A DNA stretch of 63,278 nt, counting the filler, from Choristocarpus tenellus KU-1152 (Eukaryota; Protista; Phaeophyceae), in the NCBI GenBank assembly GCA_964200185.2. It is 6 parts of 6 records of this genome, joined end to end, with 100 filler letters (N's around TTAATTAATTAA, not from the genome) between each part and the next. Parts side by side here need not be neighbours in the genome. Positions count along the whole stretch, not along the records: positions 4,913 to 27,233 come from CAXNAD020000291.1; 5 more parts are not named here. One strand, written 5' to 3'. The notes beneath the pieces were generated by a model. It did not search any database and was not told the origin of the DNA. It saw only the letters and a program-made list of their open reading frames with translations. The first letter of the stretch is position 1. Each line of letters starts with the position of its first letter. The position numbers and the translations under genes are program-made. Shown in pieces: positions 12,801 to 24,744 of this stretch.

Positions 12801-14619
12801 ATTTAAACAGTACTCATTGTTATAATAATTGTTGTGGTACTGATAAGATATTAATAGCATAATATTAATGATTAGTACAGGATGATAAAATTTAATGTGC
12901 CTTCTTTTGCCTTCGTACTGCTACTTGTTGTTTGTGTGTCGCTTCTAATTTCTACCGATTATTTCGTTCCATAATTACCCTCCATCTAGTGTGCCTCAAA
13001 TGATATTTTCAATCATTTGTGACCCAGGCTGGATAGTTGCAGGAGGATTGATCAATCGTATCTAGTTGCTATGAATAATTTTGAGCGTTACATATCATTA
13101 TTCATAAGCAAGAGGATCCACTTTCACTCCACTATCCAGGCCTCTTGGGGTCATCGTTCCGAAGTTCCTTCAATCACGCCATACCCCAAGCACATCCTTG
13201 AGAAACACTTTTTTGGGGGTCCATGTGCAAATCAAGTGAAGTACAGCATTCAAAACACTAATGAACACTCACCCATAGATATCAAGTTGACAAGAAGAGG
13301 CATGTGGTCATGACAATGTTATTTTTCTGAGGTACTTCTTTTGCGACAGGTACAGGTGCAGATAAATGATCCCGAAGTTGGTGAACAACTGTATGGATAG
13401 TGCTGTAGTTTACAGCATTTCATGTTGAGGGTGTGGTTTGATTTCTAGGAGGAATAATAGATTTGTATAGACAGATACAGCTAGCTACGGACCTACTTGG
13501 GCCACAGTCCATGGTCCAGTTCGAATTTAAGTTTCATTTGAATTGTAGCAGTCTGATGACAGAGTATGGGTCCTGGATCCTGGGGTCAGTTGTCCTTTTA
13601 CCATGATATATGCAGGGGACAGATATACGTAGGGGACAGAACAGGTTAATCAGATGTGGTTAATGGAACCTTGATCATACTTCCACTCGCAATTGTTGTA
13701 GCAAAACCATGTGCTGAGTTTAGATGTAATGCAACAACTGGACCCCAACCATGGACAAAGCACACAGTATGAACATAGGTTCTTTGTTCTTTGCTAAGTC
13801 AAACACGTCATCTATCATAAGGAGTCTTATACTTCATATCGATTTTTGTTTATTGGGCAGGTTGAGCTACTGCCCAGGGTCTGGATCTAACAGGGAATTT
13901 CTTTGTTTAATTTACTACCATTGAGTGAAAAACGTTCAGGGTTCAACTATGTGGGCCAAGATGTTTTCATTTTTATACCACACAGGAACCACCACAGGTT
14001 CCTCCACGTTAAAGTGATACTTCTTATTAGGCATAGAATATCGGTGGGTCTCAAATACATTTTGGACAGATTTGATATTTGATATGATGTTGGCAAAAAA
14101 AAAATCAAATAAATATGAAATGATACAATATTCTTAAAAATAAATAAATATATATATACAAATTTTCCGGTCCTTCATATTTTTTTACATTTCTTCTGTT
14201 GAGCGACAGATGTAGTGGCAGAGAGAGTGTGGATGGAATGAACAGGTAGCTTTCAGGTTCTTTCATATGGGTGTATCTAACGAAAATTCGCAGCTACCAG
14301 TAGAATGTAAGAGTCAGTCAGTTTTACATCATTTCAAATGTGCATGTTGTCACAATGACTATTTTACTGGGTGGTGTTGATATAGACGATGAGTGCTTGA
14401 AATGATCGGAGAAACAGTCATGACAAAATAACCACTTCTATGGGTCAATACTTCTGGATTATAGATCTGCTTGTCATCATGGCAGATGAGGGTCACGCGA
14501 GTGTACTGGACAATGTACTTGACTACGCAAAGAAGGAGACAACGACAAAAAAGAAGAGAATGACATTGAAGAAGGCAACACGGGCGAAAATAAGGAAGTC
14601 GATGTTGAAGTTGATGTAT

Positions 14620-14879
14620 GAGCCAACGTATCTTAGAGGGTAGGGCCGCGTCCATTTGGGGGCCAAAATCCAATGTTGGGATGTTGATGTAATTTTGGCT
14701 ATCGTGTTAGTAAGTAAGTGCCAATATCCTTGTTACGGACACACCTTTTCACAACTTATACATTTTAACTACTCCTGAATATTTTGGAGTAGGGAAATGT
14801 TATTAAAAAAACCCGTGGGAAGCCAAGCCCCAAATGGACAAACAGGGCAAAACTCCTACCCTCTAAGATACTTTCATTC
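14620..14879 (+). mobile_element. MITE family A, TSD GTAT
   Basis: TIRs plus flanking GTAT on both sides. Confidence 0.9.
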
Positions 14880-15699
14880 GTATTGACTGAAAGGTTTCCT
14901 CTACAACACCAAGGGAAAGTCACGAGATTGGAACTTATTTCATCAGTGTCGGTAGGCTTTTGAAGCTGAGAGCAAAATGCTTTGTGTGGAGAAATGCGAC
15001 CTTGAGGGGTCCTCTGATGATGATGAGAGTAACCAGCAGTTCAGCATGACTAAGCTGCTCGAAAAGGCGACCAATATATCACAAGATGGTGGTGATGGGG
15101 TGACCTCCTTTTATAGATGGAGGTGGAAAGTGCCTAGGAGAGGCCATGGTTAGAGATCACCTACGAGGATAAACTTCAAAACCAGCTGGAGGTATATACT
15201 GTGGTATGAAGAAACCAGTGGATGTGGAACCTGGAGAAGGAGGTTGGTGGTCCCCTCAAATGGTGGAAGGTGAAGGAGGAGGTTTTTGGAGAGTCGGTTG
15301 GTTGTGGCCCGAAAGTATTTGCATACACAGACCACTTTAGCTGCACCTAAACGCTCGCCCTTCTCTCCCTGCTGGCAACGCAATCACCGCCAAGCGCAAC
15401 AGTCTCTCCGGGAATGTAGTTGGTGATACTACCATGGTGCTGCGCCCTAGTGGGGGTGACTTTTGTTGTCCTAGTGTGGAAGGCACAGGTGGCAGGAAAT
15501 CAAAACGAATGGTGGGGGAGACAAAGGCAGCACCCAGTGTAGTGTTTTTGCAGCCTTTTCTGATTGGAGGTCCTCTATCTGCAAGGATGGGCTTAGGGTA
15601 GAGTGGTATATAGCTTTTTGTTTTTTCTTTGCTAGCTTATGTCCGACTTGCTCATGTCACCCCAGACACTGCACTGACTGTAGGCTCCAGCTGAGTGAC

Positions 15700-15967
15700 G
15701 AGTGAAAGTATCTTAGAGGGTACGAGTTTGTCCCTGTTTGTCCATTTGGGACTTGGCTTCCCATGTTTTTAAAAAAATGATATTTTCCTACTCCAAAATG
15801 TTTAGGAGTAGGTAAAACGTATACGTTATGAAAATATTAAAGGTGTGTCGGGAACATGGATATTGACACTTCCTAACAAACACGATAGTCAAAAGTTCAT
15901 CAAAATCGCAACATTGGATTTTGGCCCCCAAATGGATGCGGCTCTACCCTCTAAGATACTTTGGCTA
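15700..15967 (-). mobile_element. MITE family A, inverted copy
   Basis: Reverse-complement match to the family. No clear TSD. Confidence 0.85.
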
Positions 15968-18900
15968 GAGCCCTCTGACACCACTTGAGCATATATTTGA
16001 CGTAGTCCGAAATTAGTCCAAGGCAAAAAAAACGAGAGGTACCCAAGTTTTGACCGTTTTGCATTTCAAGTCTGTTTCGAATTTTTGCAATTCACCCGTA
16101 TTTCTATGGATGACGTTCTAATTTTGACTTGAGAGCGTTTATTTCTCTACTGTTTGAAAGTATTCGACACCATCCAGAAAATATCCTCTACGGATTTGTA
16201 AATAAACCCAACGAATTTTGTACATATTTGTCACTAACCTAATATACAATGCTGGGTGAATTACCTGGAGATGTGTGCCAGCTGTCCACTCCGGGTCCAT
16301 TTTTTCATGTCGATTTTTGGGTGATTTGGTTGCATGCGTCGGATGGATGATGTAAGTACACTTCTCCTGTTCAGAGTCCGAATGGACACCCTGGTGTAGA
16401 TTCCCCCCCCCCAGATACTTTGAGCCCTTTACTCTCTACTAATGTGTTTTTTTCATCACGCTTGTCCCTCTTGGACTCACATGACAAGTGATAGAAGGTT
16501 GTCACTTGCATTTCAAGAGAGGGCATGTGTCTCTTGTGAGGGAGACAAGAAGGGGGTGAAAAGACGTCATTTTTTACTACCAATATCAAACCAATACAAA
16601 AGGTCAAACGGGAAACAAATACTTCTGATAGTGCATTTTGTTGCATGGTGTATATACCTTTTATGATTAATTCTAATAGAAAGTGAGATATTTCGATTTG
16701 AGACCTATCACTGGGGTAGAAGAATATAAACAAACCCCAGGCAACGTCCTGGGCGATTGTTCCTCCTGTACAGAGGCGCTGTTGCTACTCTTCCCCTCCA
16801 TCTTCATTCATATTCTCATCATCACCATTGTTAATCTATTACCAGGCTGCTCCATCTGTTACTTTTTTTTTTGCGTGTATTTGTGAGTTGTTGCATGGTT
16901 TACTATTACTACTTGCTGTCATCATCACCACACCATCAATCTGATTATGTTGCAGATCGGATCCAGACCTGTGGTAGCACCTAGACATACAAGAATGTGC
17001 GGGTCTGAGTTTAAATATCGTGGGTTTGATCCACAGTTATAAGGTACCCACACCTCCAGCAGTTACTGCTACGGCTGTACTCATCATGGGCCTGGACCTA
17101 CAGCATAGAGTAACTACGTTTCGAAAATCTTGGATTTCCAAAGGCGTTGCGGTACCGAAGTATCATCATGCCCCTAACCCATATTCCGAATTGTTTGTTG
17201 CTGAAGGAAATTAGAGGTAGGGTGGCAGGTTGCGCGCAAGATAGTTCAAAACGCACCTTATTAGGGTTCTATGTGAATCGCACGCCGTAGTTACTGATAG
17301 GTTACAAGAGATGCGATTGTTTGGGGCTGCATCCTGAAGTAGTGTGTGGTTTCCAGTGCTTTTTGGACTTACATCTAGATTCAATTTTGTATCTATACTC
17401 TTACTGAGTTCCTCGAAGAAGGAATGCTAGACACTACGTAGACTGGTAATGTTTACTCCAAATTCTTTGCTACTCTCTTTTTTGTTGGGATTGGGTCAGG
17501 ACTAGTAGGGTTACCATCCCTCCCTCCAATTTCCTGCATGCCTGTCCTTGCTTGTTACACCCACTCATTATACTCCTACAGAACCACGCAGAATCGGAAG
17601 TGCTGATCCGATTTGACTTGAAATACTGTCGTGTCAGACATGTATATAGTTGGTGTACTATGTACGTGGTCCGATTACTCAACACCAGAACGTAATACAT
17701 GTATGTGTGTGTGACTTCAAAGACTACGAAATATTCAATACCTCTTCCAGTGATGCTAAAGAATCAAAGTATGCGTGTAGATTCTACAATTAAATGCTTA
17801 GTATTACCAAAGATGGCCAGTAATAATCCTCAAGTGCCTTGTCTTAAGACAAAGAAAGCTCCATTTTAGCATGGAAACAAAGGAGACAAGTGTTACCTAG
17901 AATGGGAGGATGCTGGTAACATTGGATTGTAAATCAGTGCAACCAATAGGTTCCGCATTCCACTAGTAGAGGCAGCAACACACACAACCAGCAGACGGCC
18001 AACACCAAAAAAATATACCAAGTATATTATGTAATACCTGTACTACAGTATGTTTTTATCAACGTTGACATGACTAATTTTCATACAACCATGAATCAAG
18101 TAACAATAAAAAAAAAAATGACACCCCAGCAATAATAAGGAACAATAATAGCTAGCCTTACCGATGTTGATAGAGACACAGCAGACGTGCTGAGGATTTC
18201 TGCTGCCTTGTTACATATCAGTAGGAGAAGAGGCACATTTCACATGTATTCATCCTTGTTCGTACCTCTGATCAAGGAAAGACCCACAACCTGAGAGCTA
18301 GCGATTGCATCGTTTTTCTTACCTAACTAATATTGGCAGTAGCAGCAGTGATGAAAATGATTTGGAAGCGCAATTAATTTAAAGTGTGCACAAAATATTC
18401 AATGTGCTTCATTGATTCAAAGTGTGTGCACATATCGAGTGATGAGATTTGCATAAAGAGCCTTCACTTGAGGACTTTTCAAGGCAAGGCATATGAAGAG
18501 CCAAGGAAGCCTATCTTGAGTTAAACATGTACTGATTGGTACATAACACCCACAAGATTTCTGTGCAAATCTCTGATTCCTTTAAAGGAAAATTTCGTAG
18601 TTGGACAAAACTTTTGGGGTTGCACTATGTTAATATCTAAGAAAAAACTTTATTAAGTACGAATTTGGAGGTTGAAAAAGATGTTTGTCGTAAACCATGA
18701 CGTGTTTAATCAATCTATCCATTACAATATCTTTGGATGTGAGATCGAAGGAATCAATTAAAACTTCACTCTTTAAAAAAAATAGTACAGTAGAGTGCAT
18801 ACCCTGAACACGATTTTTTAAAATGAACGTTCTCTGAAACTACAGACCACCTGTTATTGTTCATGCTGCCACCGATAAGACCTCTAAACCCACACCTTCA

Positions 18901-19259
18901 CTCCCTCTAACAAGCTGCACTAGCAGCGTACTCTGAATACCCCTGGAGAAAACAAAAGAGAGCTCAAATGAATATTTGTTGAGATAGGTGTAACATTGCG
19001 AGAACGTCTCATTCCCATAATGTGACTTGAAGATATAGGCTGACCTAACGATGGTTATGTGGACGGATGAATGGCATTAGAAAGAACAAAGAGTAGCGTG
19101 GTTTAACAAGAGGACAGCACTTGTCCTCAGGTTTTTTATATTGTTGTTTAGCCCCCATCTGACCCCTGTTCACTCTAGCTGCAACCCCTACACCCTCTCC
19201 TGTATGTCATCTTGAAAGATTGGAATAGGGAAAGGCCAAGCCCCAATGAGTGGGGGTTC

Positions 19260-22200
19260 CTAGTAGAAGAAGCCAAGGATCTTGCCACCAGTGTGCTTGC
19301 GACGGGCCTCCTCATGGTCCATGATTCCGAAGGTGGTTGTAAGAACGATGTGACCAAACTGCAGAATTGGGGCAAGTGGGTTAACTTTCATTCAAAGTGA
19401 ACGTGAGAAACATTTAGTCTTACCTCTTGCTTACCTACCTACTTCATGGAACATAGATACTCAATTTACACTTTAGTTGGGGGGGCATGTGATAGACTAC
19501 CATTAACATATCACATGCCCCAGAAGAAGTCGAAAGAGCTGTAAACAAATGTTGTCAATAAAAAGAGGTAAAGGATCTACGTATAGAGAGCCATAACCAA
19601 GACTTGAAATAAAAATATTTTAAAAAGCGTTCATCATAAAACAACACGTAACTCCTCCCAACAACACATGGTTGTTGTGGTAACACGTATCAGAACAAAT
19701 AGGAAACTCATGGGGCTTTGGTTTCAAGACCCCTCACACAAGAAGCTTCAAAACTCTTTATGGTCATGCTGTCGACTGCACACTCGTCTTTGCTGCCCTT
19801 TCAAATACAAACATGCACATCACAGAAATGAGCCAAAGCATCTTCGGAGGGTAGGACTGAGTCCATTCGAGGTCCAAAAGTCCAATCGTTCAATTTTGAT
19901 GTAATTTTGACTCTCGTGTTTGTTAGGAAATGTCAATATCCTTGTTGCGGACACACCTTTTCATAACAAACACATCTTACCTAGTTCAAAACATTTTTGA
20001 GTAGCTAAAATGCTATTTAAAAAAAACGTGGGAAGCCAGGCCACAAATGGACAAACTGGGCAAACATCGTACCCTCTACGACAGTTTCACTTAAATGCTT
20101 GAGCTAACGTCTTCCAATGAAAAACCAATTTGACAAATAATGCAAACATATTGGGTCATGCACCAAGTACCAACACTGAAGAACAAATGGCTGCGTGCCA
20201 CTCCATATACGAAAAATACCAGAATAAAAAGAAAGGGTGTTTGCAAGTATGTTTCAAGAGCCCTCACACAAGAGGTGTGAGACTTTACTTCACGGGGGCA
20301 ACACCCCCGTCACCTCTTGCAGAGGATAGTACCATGCACAGGGAAGGACACACCTACACACAAGCATGAAAACCTTACATGTCTGAAATACTCAAACTCA
20401 AGCACCACTGCTTCCAGAATGTTAGAGGATTTGTCTCTACTATCACCAGATTACTCTCATCACCTCCAACAATCTTTTTCTTCCATCGGGGTAACATACT
20501 CTCTGCAATGCATAAACATCAACTAGGGGATATCAGAGTATTGAATGTTACGTTCATAAGGCTCCATTTTAGTTAGAGCCCTCAAACAAGAGGTGTCAGA
20601 TCTCTGTTGAGTGTCATCACCTATCCCCTCTGTACAAGAACTGCTATGGACATGAAAGAAGACGCAGTATAGGACACACACAATCCATGTTTGCAAGACA
20701 TCTTATCAAGTACCACTAGATGCCACACAGTGTCCTACAAATACTTCCACATTACAAAACCTAAACCTTTTTCACCCCTTCAAAAGACTATGCAATGCAC
20801 GCGAACAGTTCTCAGTCCTATGAAATTTTCGTAATGCATTTCTAAGTCAGCCAAACATAACAACGCTAGCTAATGTACATGGAGCAGTATGTAAACGGTG
20901 ATTACGTAATGCACTAAATAGATTGCCTACCTGGGATATCAGATATTGAATTTTACGTTCATAAGGCCCCATTTTAGAGCCCTCAAACAAGAGGTGTCAG
21001 ATCTCTGTTGAGTGTCATCAACTATCCCAAGCATTAATATAGCAAGCCAAAACTAATCATCATAGGGATATTCATAAACTGGCTGGAGCACAGCGTCTTC
21101 AAAATAGGGGGCATAAAAAGCACTACCTGTTCCCTTTAATGTATTTCTTGCTGCACAATTCAACAACTCCAATGCAACTCACAGCTAGTACATGTGTATG
21201 AAGACCAAAGGGATATCAGATATTGAATTTTACGTTCACAAGGCCCCATTTCAAGAGCCCTCAAACAAGAGGTGTCAGATCTCTATAGAGTGTCATCACC
21301 TATCCCTCCTAAGCAACATGTAGTGCAAAACTTAGCTTCTACCGAATAACTACCCAATAACACCTTCCCTGTTCTCAAAAATACTACACACAAATAATTC
21401 GTTCGTCTTTATTCCAACATACGAATGAGAACTACTCAGAAATGTTTCCAATTTATTATTTTTATCCAAAATAATAAATATATAGTTCTCGAGTTCAGTA
21501 AATCAGAAAGATCCTTTGGAGTATCACGTAGGATGAAAGTGGACCAACCCTACCTTGGCCAACCTGCTCACTCACCGAACGCCTTCATAACAAGTACTAA
21601 TGCACACCGTTGGAAAAGGATAACATCATCAGGGGCATCAATTCACTAAACACTCCAATCCCATCTTCAAGGTTCACTCATCAGTCTCTACTTGTAAGGG
21701 AGAAGAAATAAGAAATAAAAACTTTCTGGTACGATTTGTCACAACCTACAAAAAAAATAGATTCACAAGGCTGCTGCAAGCAAAGCGACCCAGCAAAGGG
21801 TAGACTGTGAAGCACAACAAAGAGTGCCCAACTCCTTGAACAAAAAATCAACTTAGAAAACACAAGACTTTTAAATTTAAATTTAAATATCATGTCTTCG
21901 AACTAACGAAGGTTAACCCTAACTCACCAAGGCTAACACTAGCAACTGACCAAATTAACCCCAACCCCAATCCTAACCCTAATTTTCTTATTGTCTATCA
22001 AGCAACTTACCCCACGTGCAGGGAGCAGGTTGTTGACCCACTTCTCCGTGTCCTGCAGCGGCATGTCAAATCTTGGCGAGATCACTCCACACTTGTTGAT
22101 GCGCCCAGTGAGCTGCAGGACAGCAAGAGTACAATTCCATAACACGAGATCAAAACAATTGCATAAATACCGCCCCCAGTGAGGTTAGGAAAGGATTTTC

Positions 22201-23749
22201 CAAAGCAGTACACATGGATTATTCCGACAGTTACATAAAAAAAGAGACAGCTGCCTATGATTGAATCAACCGTGTGGTGAAGACACGCTGGCAGTTGATT
22301 CAACCAGAGGATTAAAAAAAACTACCAAAAACAATTAGCGTGCAGAAAAAAAAAGTGGAGTCAAAATAAACCACGAGCAAGGAGTAAATTCTAAAGAGGG
22401 AGTAGGTAACCTTTTCCTCGTGGGCAACTAACTGCAGCACAAACTTGAAAAAGAAAAAAAATAGCTTCCACACAGCTCCAACCAAGAATGTGATTTAAGT
22501 GTCAAGTATGAAACCTTCGAGCAGGTTCTTTACAACCAACCATTCGTCTTTGCTCCCCCCCCCCCTTGCAATCCCTTGATCCATTTTTTCCAAGCGTACC
22601 TCCACAACGATTTTCCCCGAACGGTGGTCATCCACGATCTCAAATTCCCCAATGTAGCCTGAAACACATTTTTGTACCATCAGATTTCAGAAAGAATAAC
22701 AATCAAAAGATGCAGTTTTTTAGGTCAGAGTGGTAAAAACTAGCCTTCAATTGGGGGGAGGGGTTGAGCACAACGTAGCAAAGGTAATGATAATATCTTC
22801 TTGGAACAAGAAAAAAACTCAGAATTCATATCCCGTGAAATATTATACTCCATCACACACCATCATGTTACTGTGCACCCCTTTCCACATTAGTGAGGGG
22901 CTGAAGTAGGTAGCGAAAGCTTGTTTGCATAACCTTTCCCGTACAAATGATATTGCTGCAGAGTCACATTTTTCACTGGGGAGGTTAATACATTAGAGTG
23001 GTTCTTTGATGTTGATGTGAACATAAGTTCTTGATCTGAACATAAGTTCAAATTGTAGAACTCTCTTTTCAAGCATATGCGTGTTGTGCAGTGTGTATCA
23101 GTGCTTTTTTATTACGCTAGATCCCTGTTAAAAAGGTAGAGGGTTGACAAACTTTGTTGTTGACCTCCACTTACAATGTACCATTAGATGAGATGGCAGA
23201 CTAATTATTCAGGTAGGACTTCAGGTGCAATGTTTTTTAATGCCCTGTCCACCAAGCACAACTATCGCCGTAAAGAAGCTTATATTCACATTGTTTCCTA
23301 AAATAATCACTGCCTAAAAGTATACCTTGCACTCCACAAAAATCCTTTCCTCTCAACCGTATCACTATTGAAGCACAAAACCAATTGTGGATATCTGAAG
23401 CATATTCTGTCCAGAAAATTAGGAGTTTACATCTCTCCACGAAGGAGTCAACGTATACTTCTTCTCAGTGCGCCCCATCTCTCGTATCTACTACCATGCA
23501 ACAGCAGTGCGAAATACCTCATACGCTGTAAAGAGTTATACAAGAGACTGATCCTCAAGAAAAGGTTGCAACTTGATAACACCTCACCCCGTTCCTACGT
23601 CTCTGTGCGAACTCACCGTTCTTTTGCATAACCTGCAGGAACTTAACCACCACCTTGGAGCATGGGCGAACGAGAACCTGCCTCTTTCCTGCCTTCTCCG
23701 CATTGGAGATGGTCTTGAGGGTGTCCGCAAGGACGCTCATGCGCACCAT
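19260..23749 (-). CDS. RPS15A: 40S ribosomal protein S15a (uS8), 130 aa, 4 coding exons
   Basis: Exons 23749-23617, 22658-22600, 22112-22011 and 19358-19260 translate to [32 protein letters not shown]...[36 protein letters not shown]...[32 protein letters not shown]. The ATG is directly preceded by CCCCAG, suggesting a 5'UTR intron. Confidence 0.97.
19830..20092 (+). mobile_element. MITE family A, diverged copy, TSD AAAT, in RPS15A intron 3
   Basis: Degenerate TIRs, internal match to the family, flanking AAAT on both sides. Confidence 0.8.
20235..20306 (-). pseudogene. Degenerate snoRNA paralog (copy D); a further decayed trace lies at about 19722-19748
   Basis: Keeps CACACCTCTTGT-GTGA-GGGCTCTTGAAA and flanking similarity to copy A, but lacks canonical C and D boxes. 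Confidence 0.55.
20526..20628 (-). ncRNA. Box C/D snoRNA, snoR1/snR48/U60-like, copy A
   Basis: Terminal stem GGGGATA/TATCCCC, C box GTGATGA, identical guide, internal GGCTC/GAGCC stem, and CAATACT-CTGA at the D box. Confidence 0.85.
20933..21028 (-). ncRNA. Box C/D snoRNA, snoR1/snR48/U60-like, copy B
   Basis: Same architecture as copy C: C box TTGATGA, identical guide, D box CTGA, terminal stem GGGATA/TATCCC. Confidence 0.83.
21210..21306 (-). ncRNA. Box C/D snoRNA, snoR1/snR48/U60-like, copy C (RPS15A intron 3)
   Basis: Terminal stem GGGATA..TATCCC, C box GTGATGA, guide TCTGACACCTCTTG followed by D' TTGA, short D'-C' stem, D box CTGA. The guide is complementary to the conserved LSU rRNA segment AGAGGUGUCAGA. 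Same strand as the host gene. Confidence 0.85.
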
Positions 23750-24744
23750 CTGGGGTTCAGGGGGTAATCAAATAGTATTTGAGGGGATCATGCGGTCGCC
23801 TACACAACGATGAGGTGTTGGGGGAAAGAGGGTGGCATTTTAGGCCGCAAGACGATGACAAGCAAAACTCTTTGAACTCGTCGAGTATAACCATCAAGAC
23901 CTTTACTTGAAGGGTTGCAATAACAACATTGAACCAATCTGCATCCCTCCAGATGGCAGTACCCAGCCTCAGATGGATACCAACACCTACCCTCATCGTG
24001 TGTTCAACCCTACCAAACAAAAAGAAGCCTAGCGTACAACCAGTAAGAATAATTTTTGTTTCAACAGCACCAACTAGCAATCAGTCACTGTGATTGATCA
24101 CCAAGGTCCTAGACGCCTGGAACAGGCTGCGGATGGTTACATCAATCACAGTGACACCGCGCAGTCAGGACCCACACAAACAGAATCGAAACCTCGATAA
24201 CGCGCATGCTAAGAGTATTCCACGAGTCTTAAGATGACTTAAGAGTCCGAGGGAATAGAGGTAGGATTCAGAGCTTCAAAGTGGGACAATGAAAAACAAA
24301 ATCTGTGCCATCTCCACTTGCTGTCCCCCAAGTAAGAATTGTCTCTCCATAAAAGACAGGCGTTGCCACCACGTACCACCCCTCTTCCATGATAGATGCG
24401 GCACTCCTCCCTACCTTGACAGGAACTGTGCTTGTCACGGAGGTGACAGCAAGGCCTTGGGTACGCCTGGGGGGCTATGTGTGATGGGTGGCTGAGAGCC
24501 TTTTCGAAGGGTTAGGGTTTTACAGCATTAGGGTTAGGGAGGGGGCTTTATTGTCATTTATCTACAACACACCTAAACACCTGAGCAAAGCAAAGGCTTT
24601 GTGTTCTGCCGAGTTAGGAGTGGTAGTGCGTCTGAGAGTGTTCAAGCCCAGCACGCAGTTGCTGAGGGATAGCCGTAGAGCTCCTACCTCGGTTTCATAG
24701 TCAGGGCATATTTGTTGGAAGAGCTGTAATCCAGTTATATTATC

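Noticed and set aside
20526-21306. Repeat-spacer pattern resembling a CRISPR array
   Set aside because: Repeats are about 100 nt with irregular long spacers, there are no cas genes, and the location is a eukaryotic intron. The pattern is fully explained as C/D snoRNA paralogs.
22261-22430. Two hairpins plus AGAGGA resembling an H/ACA snoRNA
   Set aside because: The H-like box is on the strand antisense to the host gene, the hinge is too long, and there is no ACA box.
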